A DNA stretch of 32,000 bases from Cyanobacteria bacterium SBLK. GTDB lineage: Bacteria > Cyanobacteriota > Cyanobacteriia > Cyanobacteriales > Spirulinaceae. Both the position numbers and the translations under genes were made by a program. This document shows positions 18,104 through 26,096 of this stretch, piece after piece; the first letter of the stretch is position 1, and each line of letters begins with the position of its first letter. The notes under the pieces were generated by a model, which was given only the letters and a program-made list of their open reading frames with translations, had not been told where the DNA came from and searched no databases. Location: assembly GCA_017746715.1 (NCBI GenBank), contig JAGHZQ010000041.1, forward strand, positions 9,219 to 41,218. The letters are read 5' to 3'.

Positions 18104-20245
18104 GTGGCGATCGCTGCTTTTTATACGACGATAAGCGGTATGGGAGGCATTGGCAAAACCGAGTTAGCGTTGCAATATGCGACTCGCAAACAGGCCGATT
18201 ATCCCGGTGGGGTTTGTTGGGTGGATGTGGGAGGGGGAGATATGGGGATTAAGATTTGTAGTTTTGCGCGAGAGGGTTTAAAAATGCGGGTACCGGAGGA
18301 GGGAGAGTTAAGCGATCGCGTTGGTTATTGCTGGCAAAATTGGGGCAGGGAGGGGGATGTTTTGCTGGTTTTGGATGATGTGGTGGCGTATGATGCGATC
18401 GCGCCTTATTTGCCTCCCGTGGGGTCTCGGTTTAAGGTTTTGGTGACGACGCGATCGCAAGATTTAGACCCAAAACGATTTAAAGAGGTGGGGTTATTGG
18501 TATTGGATGAGGCTACATCTCTCGAGGTGCTGCGATCATTTTTACAGGATAGGGAAGGAGGACGAATTGATGACGATTTAGAGGCAGCAAAGGGATTGTG
18601 TCAATGGTTGGGTTATCTGCCTTTAGGGTTGGAATTGGTGGGACAATATCTGCGAACCCATCAAGATTTATCGTTGCAGGAAATGCACGCACGCTTGGAG
18701 AAACAACGCTTAGAAGAAGGCGCGTTAAAAGATAAGATTACAGCCGTTTTTGAGTTGAGTTGGCAGGAGTTGGATGAGGATGAGCAAGAATTAGCCTGTT
18801 TGTTGGGTTTATTTGCCCCTGCTCCCATTCCTTGGGAGTTCGTTGAAGGGTGTTTTCCCGACCGAGATAAGGTACAGTTAGAAACAATTCGCGATGAAAT
18901 ATTGTGCGGGTTGAGTTTATTGGAACGGGAAGGGAAAGGGGTTTATAAACTGCATCAGTTAACGCGGGAGTTTTTGCAGTATAAATTAAAGCGATCGCCT
19001 TGGTGCGATCGACCCAAACAGGGATTTTGGCAGCGTTTGCGAGCAAGATTTAAAACACCTTGTTCTAAGAGCGATGAATTAAAACGAAAATGCGTTCGAG
19101 TTATGGTAGAAGTTGCAAAAGATATGCCAGAAACACCGACATTAGAACACATAGAACAATTTTCTATCTTAATTCTGCATTGGGAAGAAGTTATCGCAAA
19201 TCTGTGCAACTGGATCGAGAATGAGGATTTGATTTTGCCATTTTTAGGATTGGGTGGTTATTACAAGGGACAAGGACTCTATAAAAAAGCTGAATCTTGG
19301 CAAAAGCAAAGTTTATCGATATGTCGCGATCGCTTAGGAGAAGACCATCCCGATGTTGCCAGTTCTCTCAATAATTTGGCAGGACTCTACTCATCCCAAG
19401 GGAGATATGAAGAAGCAGAACCCCTCTATTCTCAAGCCTTAGCGCTGAGGAGAAAACGCTTAGGAGAAGACCATCCCCATGTTGCCAGTTCTCTCAATAA
19501 TTTGGCATCTCTCTACTCATCCCAAGGGAGATATGAAGAAGCAGAACCTCTCTTTTCTCAAGCCTTAGCTCTGAGGAGAAAACGCTTAGGAGAAGACCAT
19601 CCCCATGTTGCCAGTTCTCTCAATAATTTGGCATCTCTCTACCAATCCCAAGGGAGATATGAAGAAGCAGAACCTCTCTATTCTCAAGCCTTAGCTCTGA
19701 GTAGAAAACTCTTAGGAGAAGACCATCCCGATGTTGCCACTTCTCTCAATAATTTGGCATCTCTCTACACATCCCAAGGGAGATATGAAGAAGCAGAACC
19801 TCTCTTTTCTCAAGCCTTAGACCTGAGTAGAAAACGCTTAGGAGAAGACCATCCCCATGTTGCCAGTTCTCTCAATAATTTGGCATCTCTCTACCAATCC
19901 CAAGGGAGATATGAAGAAGCAGAACCTCTCTTTTCTCAAGCCTTAGACCTGAGTAGAAAACTCTTAGGAGAAGACCATCCCGATGTTGCCAGTTCTCTCA
20001 ATAATTTGGCAGAACTCTACTCATCCCAAGGGAGATATGAAGAAGCAGAATCTCTCTTTTCTCAGGCTATTTTAATCATTGTCAATCGCTTGGGTTTTGA
20101 ACATCCAAATAGTAAAACTCTCATCCAAAATTTTGGTTATTGCTTACAAAAAGCGATCGCAGTCGGACAAAGAGACAAACTCGGCAATCATCCCATCACC
20201 CAAGATATCCTCGCACAGATCGACGCAGCCAGCAAAGGAGAATAA
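18104..20245 (+). CDS. NB-ARC (STAND) NTPase with C-terminal kinesin-light-chain-type TPR repeats; the 5' boundary is unreliable
   Basis: P-loop GMGGIGKTELA, Walker B LLVLDDV, KVLVTTR, and a GLPLA-like motif YLPLGLELVG. These are followed by repeated LGEDHPxVAxSLNNLAxLYxSQGRYEEAEPL units. The track start is a GTG just before the P-loop, but the frame is open upstream to 17969. That upstream stretch encodes the conserved pre-P-loop motif FFGRDKDLEKIHEKL, so the real gene begins further 5'. Confidence 0.85.
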   Translation: MAIAAFYTTISGMGGIGKTELALQYATRKQADYPGGVCWVDVGGGDMGIKICSFAREGLKMRVPEEGELSDRVGYCWQNWGREGDVLLVLDDVVAYDAIAPYLPPVGSRFKVLVTTRSQDLDPKRFKEVGLLVLDEATSLEVLRSFLQDREGGRIDDDLEAAKGLCQWLGYLPLGLELVGQYLRTHQDLSLQEMHARLEKQRLEEGALKDKITAVFELSWQELDEDEQELACLLGLFAPAPIPWEFVEGCFPDRDKVQLETIRDEILCGLSLLEREGKGVYKLHQLTREFLQYKLKRSPWCDRPKQGFWQRLRARFKTPCSKSDELKRKCVRVMVEVAKDMPETPTLEHIEQFSILILHWEEVIANLCNWIENEDLILPFLGLGGYYKGQGLYKKAESWQKQSLSICRDRLGEDHPDVASSLNNLAGLYSSQGRYEEAEPLYSQALALRRKRLGEDHPHVASSLNNLASLYSSQGRYEEAEPLFSQALALRRKRLGEDHPHVASSLNNLASLYQSQGRYEEAEPLYSQALALSRKLLGEDHPDVATSLNNLASLYTSQGRYEEAEPLFSQALDLSRKRLGEDHPHVASSLNNLASLYQSQGRYEEAEPLFSQALDLSRKLLGEDHPDVASSLNNLAELYSSQGRYEEAESLFSQAILIIVNRLGFEHPNSKTLIQNFGYCLQKAIAVGQRDKLGNHPITQDILAQIDAASKGE
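19331..20086 (+). repeat. Six tandem, near-identical 126-bp (42-codon) TPR-coding units
   Basis: Unit starts at 19331, 19457, 19583, 19709, 19835 and 19961, each beginning cgc/ctc-tta-gga-gaa-gac-cat-ccc. A degenerate unit starts at 20087 and another precedes 19331. Differences between units are confined to a few codons. Confidence 0.9.
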
Positions 20246-20365
20246 GAAGAAATAGAAGTGCAAATCTAGAACAAAAAACTGTTATGATAGAACTGCAAAC
20301 AACAAGAGAAGAGAGAAAGATGGTCGGCGCGATCGCTTTTTGTGTTAAAATTCAAAAGGGAATTA

Positions 20366-20397
20366 TTGTTGGGTTTCGATCCTCAACTCAACCTACA
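20366..20397. repeat. Short dispersed cyanobacterial hairpin repeat (TTGGGTTTCG..CCTCAACnCAACCTAC type)
   Basis: The sequence tgttgggtttcgatcctcaactcaacctac forms a stem GTTGGGTT/AACTCAAC with one G-T pair. I recall this element family as common in cyanobacterial spacers. It lies in the convergent spacer between the NB-ARC and CHAT genes. Confidence 0.4.
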
Positions 20398-20454
20398 CGA
20401 CTTAGGCTTTTCCTGCAAAATTCTTCTTCCCCCGCTCCCTCCGCTCCCTCCGCT

Positions 20455-23400
20455 TTAATAAGGATTGCCAATGAGAGTAAAACCACTCCAATAATAAGGA
20501 TGGGATAAAATCCGATCCCTCGGTACGCTCAATTCATCAGGCAACGCGATCGCTTCTTTCCCCGTTTGTAACGTTCTCTTTTCTAAATAAGTTTCTCCGC
20601 GTAACAAGGATAATTGTGCCCGTCGGATGGCTTCCGCTTTTACGGGAGTCTGTTTTAATTGTTCGTAAAAACTCGTCATTAATGCCAGCGTTCCCACATC
20701 GCTCACATACCACAAACTCCCCAACGCAGACTTAACCCCCGCCGCCACGGCCAGCCCGGCAAACCCCAATTCAGCATCTTTATCCCCCAAAGCCGTCCGA
20801 CAGGCACTCAACACCAATAACTCTACAGGAGGATCGCGAAATTGCAGGGTTTGCAAGCGATCGAGAGGCAAGCGATCGTCCCAAAGTTGAATGTAAGAAT
20901 TGCCCGGTTTTCCTGGTCGGAATTCCCCGTGAGTCGCCAGATGCACGATCGCGTAAGGAGCATTCGCTCGCGTATTTTTGAGGTTTTCGAAGGTAAACGC
21001 CTCATTAAGGAAAGATTTTCCCGGCCAAAGACGGCCTGCGATCGTTTCTAATTCCGTCGGGACTGCCGGGAGGGGTTCGAGATCGGCAAACTGCGATCGC
21101 CCCATGGCTAAAACCGATAAATTTGCGAGCGGAGTATATTCGATTTGAGTGAGGGTAAAACTGGGGAGCAGTCCGACGCTATAGCGTTCGATGAGAAACT
21201 GCTTGCCGTCGTGAAGGGCAGCCAAAGGCAGCGATCGCAATCCTTCATCGGCGATAAAAGCTAAATTCTCAATTCCTCGGGCTTCTAATTCTGCCTCCAA
21301 CGGGGCAATTAACCAACGATAGAGTTGTCCTGCCGATTTCAGATAGGCAGAAGGACGGCGAACGTTTGTTACGGTACGGCGAAACTCCAAAGCAACCTCT
21401 CTCACTATCTCCCGCGTTGCCCCCTCGATACGCCATCGCTTCGGTTTCCCATCAGCAGAAATGAGGAGTAATTCCAACACATCGCTATCTTGGGGGGCAA
21501 AAGCAATCGGCGGTGCATTTAAGGTCGTTCCGGGGGCGAGTAAAGCTCGAAAGGCTTGACTCGTTTGCGCCTCGCGACTGGTAAAATCAGAACGCCCTGC
21601 CAGCGATCGCGGTAAAAAACTGGCATAGACGATCGCCGATTTTACCCCCGTCAGGGCTTCAATATCGGCTAACTTGGCCTTTGCTTCTGCGAGGGAAGCG
21701 AGTTCGAGGGTCTTCGAATTGCCGCGATCGCCGGAACGATTGAGAGAGAGGGCGGATAGAGGACGAATTTGGGAAGAAGATAGAGAATCGGACGTTTGTG
21801 TTAAAATCGAAATCCCCTCCGAACTAAAATCCGCATCAAAAGCACGATTGGGGGAAAGGCTCAAATCTCCCCCATCAATTGCTCCCAACGTTCCATTGGT
21901 GACAGAATCCCCCACGGTAAAAATCCCCCCACCGTGGCGAATAATAATCGAACCATTCCCCGTAATCCCCGCAGCGATCAGACTGGCTCCTGTTTCGGAA
22001 CGGGTGGCGACACTCCCCAAACTCTGGATAGAACCATCCTGAAAGCGAATAAAGCTATCATCCCCGGTCGTATCTATAAATATCGATGCTAATGCCCGAA
22101 ACGTTCCCGATGCCGTAATATCGATATTTCCCCCCGCACCGCCGGCAATACTGGAACTGGAGATCGCCCCCAAGCTAATATCTTCCCCCCTCAACGTCAC
22201 CGAGTTGCCATTTCCCCCCGTAGAGAACGCAAAAATTCCTTGCGCGATCGCAATATCCCCCCCCGCAGAAAGCAAAACTTCGCCAGCATTTCCAGAACCC
22301 GCAACGGCACTAAAAACCGACATGCCGACATCGATCGCCCCACCCGCATTCAGAAAGATATTCCCCCCCGTTCCCCTTCCTCCAATATTCGAGCGATCGA
22401 TCGCTCCCGAAATCAGGCTATCCCCTATCTCGATATTTCCCGTAGCAGATAGGGTAATATCGCCACCGGTGCCATTCCCCGTTCCGGGATCGACTCCCGA
22501 AGTCACTCCAGCGATCTCGATATTGCCATGGGTGGCAGAAATCGAGACAGTTCCCCCATCTGCTGCTTCCGATCCCGTGAGAATCTCCCCCGCAGTAACA
22601 TTTCCATTAGTGGCGGAAATCGTCACGGAACCGCCGGGGTTTCCTACAACACCCGAAACAGTTTGTATTGCTCCTGTCGTGACGTTTGCTCCCGATATTT
22701 CCAGCGATCGCCCGGAAGTAAAAATAGTATCCCCCCCATCCATGGAAAACGCCCCCGAGCCATCTCCATCGGTATCGGCACGAAAAGCGATCGCCCCCGT
22801 CCCTGCAAATGCTAAAATTCCATCGCTTAAGGACTCGATGATAATATTGTTACTCGCTTCGAGAATGACATCGGCGTTCGCTCCCAGCAGTTCGAGATTA
22901 TCTTCGTAAAGAATAAAAGGCGAACCCGCTTCGGATTGGAAAACATCGGGTAGGGTTACCGTATTTGTTCCCGTTCCCAATCCCCCGCGAATGAGAATAT
23001 CTTCGGGATCGAGGAGTAGGGTTCCCTTTTCGCCGCGATCGCTCCTTAAATCCGCCTCTCCCTCATAAATTAAGCTGGACTTGCCAGAAACTTCCACAAA
23101 TCCCCCATCTCCTCCCGCTTCTCCTCCTCGGGCTCTCGCTTTTCCAGCAAAAGCCGTCAATTCATCCGACCAAATAATAATATTTCCCCCTTCTCCCCGT
23201 CCTAAAGCATCGGCACGAATGCTCGTGTTTTCGTCAATAAAAGTTCTTCTGGCACGCGGAAAATTGCCTTCTCCTCGGCGATCGCCGCCAATTCTTACAT
23301 TTCCTCCCCCACCCGATCCCGAAACATCGATATCGGCATCGAGAAGGGCAACGCGATCGCCAAAAATGTTAATTTCTGGGGGGGCAACTTCTCCAAGTTC

Positions 23401-24255
23401 GAAAGCGTTAAGTTCTGAAGAAGATACGGAAACCGTTCCGGAAATTTGGGTCGTTCCAGGGGCAATAGGTTCTGCTGATTCTCCTGTCAGTAAAGCGGGA
23501 AGATCGAGAGGACTCAGGGGTAAAATTGTTCCTTTTGCATCTCGAGGGGGTTCGATTTCTAAACTTAATAAACCTCCCGGTTGAGACAGTCGAATTAAAT
23601 GGGTTTCGGGAATGGAAGCTACAAGAATATTCCCCCCTGGGGCAATTAATTCTCCTGTAGAAACAATGCTTCCTCCCAATAACATTAAACGCTGTCCTTC
23701 TGGAACCTCTAAGCGTCCGGCATTGGCGATCTCGGCGGTTGTTTTGCGATCGAAAGCAAAGAGCAAAGGCGTTCCCGTCAAGTTGGCATAATTGTTATTT
23801 CCCAATGCCTCAAACCAGCGATCGCCGCCAAACCCGATCGCTGTTGCCGTCGTAGCAAAAAAATCTCCCGATACATTTAAACGAGCATTTTCCCCAAAGA
23901 GAATCCCCGCAGGATTCATTAAATATAAATTCGCTTCGCCACCGTTAATTTGGAGCATCCCATCAAACACAGAGGGACTTCCCCCTACCACGCGAGCAAG
24001 AATATTCTCAATATTGGCATCGACCCAAAAATTGCCGATTTCTCCCGTATTGAGTCCCAATTCTGAAAAACTGTGAAATAAATTTTCACCGCCGATCGTG
24101 CCGCCGGAAATCTGATAAGTATTGTCATCAAAAATAACAATAGTTCCCGTTCCATCATGAGCGGGAATGATGGATTGAGAGAAGACGGGCAGTGCGGTTA
24201 TCGCAACAGAACCCAGTCCCAAACAACCCCAATACCAAACTTTTTGCCACATCAT
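20455..24255 (-). CDS. Secreted TpsA-like exoprotein: signal peptide - filamentous-haemagglutinin-type TPS secretion domain - Gly-rich beta-helix repeats - C-terminal CHAT (caspase-like) protease domain
   Basis: 1266-aa ORF with an N-terminal signal (WYWGCLGLGSVAITALPVFSQ). TPS motifs: NLFHSFSELGL and LMNPAGILFG. A long G/S/T/I-rich repeat region follows. The CHAT domain starts near QLYRWLIAPLEAEL, with His in VHLATHGEF (about nt 20920-20946) and Cys in LVLSACRTALG (Cys codon about 20800-20802). Confidence 0.9.
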   Translation of the reverse strand: MMWQKVWYWGCLGLGSVAITALPVFSQSIIPAHDGTGTIVIFDDNTYQISGGTIGGENLFHSFSELGLNTGEIGNFWVDANIENILARVVGGSPSVFDGMLQINGGEANLYLMNPAGILFGENARLNVSGDFFATTATAIGFGGDRWFEALGNNNYANLTGTPLLFAFDRKTTAEIANAGRLEVPEGQRLMLLGGSIVSTGELIAPGGNILVASIPETHLIRLSQPGGLLSLEIEPPRDAKGTILPLSPLDLPALLTGESAEPIAPGTTQISGTVSVSSSELNAFELGEVAPPEINIFGDRVALLDADIDVSGSGGGGNVRIGGDRRGEGNFPRARRTFIDENTSIRADALGRGEGGNIIIWSDELTAFAGKARARGGEAGGDGGFVEVSGKSSLIYEGEADLRSDRGEKGTLLLDPEDILIRGGLGTGTNTVTLPDVFQSEAGSPFILYEDNLELLGANADVILEASNNIIIESLSDGILAFAGTGAIAFRADTDGDGSGAFSMDGGDTIFTSGRSLEISGANVTTGAIQTVSGVVGNPGGSVTISATNGNVTAGEILTGSEAADGGTVSISATHGNIEIAGVTSGVDPGTGNGTGGDITLSATGNIEIGDSLISGAIDRSNIGGRGTGGNIFLNAGGAIDVGMSVFSAVAGSGNAGEVLLSAGGDIAIAQGIFAFSTGGNGNSVTLRGEDISLGAISSSSIAGGAGGNIDITASGTFRALASIFIDTTGDDSFIRFQDGSIQSLGSVATRSETGASLIAAGITGNGSIIIRHGGGIFTVGDSVTNGTLGAIDGGDLSLSPNRAFDADFSSEGISILTQTSDSLSSSQIRPLSALSLNRSGDRGNSKTLELASLAEAKAKLADIEALTGVKSAIVYASFLPRSLAGRSDFTSREAQTSQAFRALLAPGTTLNAPPIAFAPQDSDVLELLLISADGKPKRWRIEGATREIVREVALEFRRTVTNVRRPSAYLKSAGQLYRWLIAPLEAELEARGIENLAFIADEGLRSLPLAALHDGKQFLIERYSVGLLPSFTLTQIEYTPLANLSVLAMGRSQFADLEPLPAVPTELETIAGRLWPGKSFLNEAFTFENLKNTRANAPYAIVHLATHGEFRPGKPGNSYIQLWDDRLPLDRLQTLQFRDPPVELLVLSACRTALGDKDAELGFAGLAVAAGVKSALGSLWYVSDVGTLALMTSFYEQLKQTPVKAEAIRRAQLSLLRGETYLEKRTLQTGKEAIALPDELSVPRDRILSHPYYWSGFTLIGNPY

Positions 24256-24456
24256 TTTGGTTGCCGCGAAAGAAAATCAATCAGCCCAATAGAACTCGGT
24301 CGTTTTACACCTTCACTTCTCAAATTTTAAGCACTGCATCCGGAAGAATGGGTTAAGAATCCTTTATTTTTGGCATTGATACGCTCTAAAACTGCCTTGA
24401 GAACGCGATCGCAAATGAACAGATCGTCAAGATCGAAGGCAATTCCCATCTCGCTT

Positions 24457-25248
24457 TCAAAACAAAAGGGTCAAAAAAACCAAATAAAATGCTTCTGTCC
24501 ATTCTACGATCGCGCCGTAAGTATCTCCCGTATGCCCGCCAAATTGCCGATAAAACCAATATCCGACAGCGATCGCGAGAACGAATCCGGCGATCGCGAC
24601 TCCTCCAGCCACAGCCCATTTTTCCCCCCAGAGAAGCCGAGGGAGCAAACTCGTCCCGATCAATAACCAGAAACCCCCTAGAATATCTCCCGGCCAGTGC
24701 AAGTGTTCTTTGTGAAATGCGCCTTTTCCCTCGGGTTTGAGATAGGGATAGAGGGCGATCGCCATAACTTGCCCCCAACGCCCCCATCCTGCCGCCAGCA
24801 TTAACCCCAGACCGCGAAAAGAAGAAATCTCGCTGAGGGCGAAGGTTTTTAAGGAAAAAATAACAATTGCCGCCATCACCCCAAATGCTCCACTCCGGCT
24901 ATCCTGCATGACCTGCAAGCGGCGATCGCGATCGAGAACCGCCAATCCATCCGCCGCATCCATTGCCCCATCGAAATGCAATCCCCCCGTTAAAAAAATC
25001 CAGAGGGCAATGAGGAAAGCACTGCGAGGGAGTACGGGCATGCGTAACAGTTGTAAACTCCAATCTGCCCCTGCGAGTAGCACCCCGACGAGCAATCCCA
25101 TCACTGGGGCAAAGCGGGCAATGCGATCGAACCTTAACTGCTGCATCCTTGGCAAGGGCAAGCAAGTATAGAAAACGATTGCCGCCAAAAAAGACTGCCA
25201 AAATGAAAATAACTGCTTTAAGACGCATGGGGGTTTCAATTGTTTCAT
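24457..25248 (-). CDS. cobS: Adenosylcobinamide-GDP ribazoletransferase (cobalamin synthase)
   Basis: 263-aa polytopic membrane ORF carrying the CobS signatures LTGGLHFDGAMDAADG, RRLQVMQDSRSGAFG and FGGHTGDTYGA. Confidence 0.9.
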   Translation of the reverse strand: MKQLKPPCVLKQLFSFWQSFLAAIVFYTCLPLPRMQQLRFDRIARFAPVMGLLVGVLLAGADWSLQLLRMPVLPRSAFLIALWIFLTGGLHFDGAMDAADGLAVLDRDRRLQVMQDSRSGAFGVMAAIVIFSLKTFALSEISSFRGLGLMLAAGWGRWGQVMAIALYPYLKPEGKGAFHKEHLHWPGDILGGFWLLIGTSLLPRLLWGEKWAVAGGVAIAGFVLAIAVGYWFYRQFGGHTGDTYGAIVEWTEAFYLVFLTLLF

Positions 25249-25471
25249 CTCCTGTTAGACTGAAAACGAGGCAGTTGAAAAATATTGAGCTAACATTGGG
25301 TTAAAGGTCGGTAAAAAGGTCAAAACATGACCTCAGAATGGTCGGACCTCCCCAATTGGTTGCGGTGTTATTGGCAGATAACCCCACGAGATCGATTTCT
25401 AGAGCGACATCCCATTGCAACTAGAGAGACATCTTCAACTGCTCGAGGGAACTTTCAATATAGTTTCAAAG

Positions 25472-25515
25472 CAGTTCTTTCAAGAAGCCATTCTTTCAAG
25501 ACAGTTCTTTGCAAC
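25472..25515. repeat. Three tandem 14-16-nt direct repeats in the cobS / hypothetical-tgt spacer
   Basis: The copies are cagttctttcaaga (25472-25485), ccattctttcaaga (25488-25501) and cagttctttgcaac (25502-25515). Confidence 0.5.
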
Positions 25516-25638
25516 TAACGCAGAATAAGTTCATTTCTCTCGATTCACTTCCATTAGTCCATTTCCCCGAGTCCATGTTGCCATTGCATGGAACGATGAA
25601 AAAATCTCATGAAATCCTCGCATTAATGGCTGTTTCCC

Positions 25639-26085
25639 ATGAGTCACAATCCATTTCCCCAATCACTTCCCGCTCCTTGTATCGTCGATAACGGCCTGAT
25701 CGTCAATAAAGACGATATGCGTCGCTTGCTCGGTTCTTTAACGCGGGTCTATTATATTCACTCCCTCGATCGTCAGGTGCAAACTCAGGGAGAAGGTTAC
25801 GTTTTAGAAGTTTTTGCCGATGCAGGGCAGGCCACTTTAATTGCCAATCACGCCCTCTATATCAACGTGCAGAGTTTCGATTACCTGCACCTTCATCAAT
25901 CCCCCGATCGCGAAACCTATTTCGATCTCATCCAAGATAATCGTCAGTTGCGATTGATGCCCTTGAGCAATCCCCTACAGGATCGCGAAAATTCGGATAA
26001 TTTGGACGAAGCCGCCCTCGAAGTTATGCTCGAACAAGTCCTCGCAGCCAAATGGGACGTACAAATGGATGATGAAGATTTTTAA
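25639..26085 (+). CDS. Hypothetical protein; looks like a conserved cyanobacterial protein, but I do not recognise the family
   Basis: 148-aa ORF with a non-repetitive, balanced composition and an acidic tail. It sits 11 nt upstream of tgt on the same strand. Confidence 0.6.
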   Translation: MSHNPFPQSLPAPCIVDNGLIVNKDDMRRLLGSLTRVYYIHSLDRQVQTQGEGYVLEVFADAGQATLIANHALYINVQSFDYLHLHQSPDRETYFDLIQDNRQLRLMPLSNPLQDRENSDNLDEAALEVMLEQVLAAKWDVQMDDEDF

Positions 26086-26096
26086 AAGGATAAAGG

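Noticed and set aside
21674-23584. Plus-strand ORFs of 122-234 aa (21674..22042, 22205..22909, 23081..23584) opposite the CHAT gene.
   Set aside because: They are Pro/Ser-rich low-complexity translations of the antisense strand of the Gly-rich repeat region, so they are artefacts of codon composition.
17501-24255. The NB-ARC/TPR protein and the CHAT protease as an intracellular apoptosome-like sensor-caspase pair.
   Set aside because: The CHAT protein carries a signal peptide and a TPS secretion domain, so it should act outside the cytoplasm. The genes are convergent, not co-transcribed. The adjacency is noted, but a direct functional pairing is not supported.
24386-25228. Alternative-frame ORFs overlapping cobS (24386..24787, 24899..25228 minus; 24489..24740, 24908..25171 plus).
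   Set aside because: The cobS frame carries the diagnostic CobS motifs. The others are Arg-rich out-of-frame or antisense readings.
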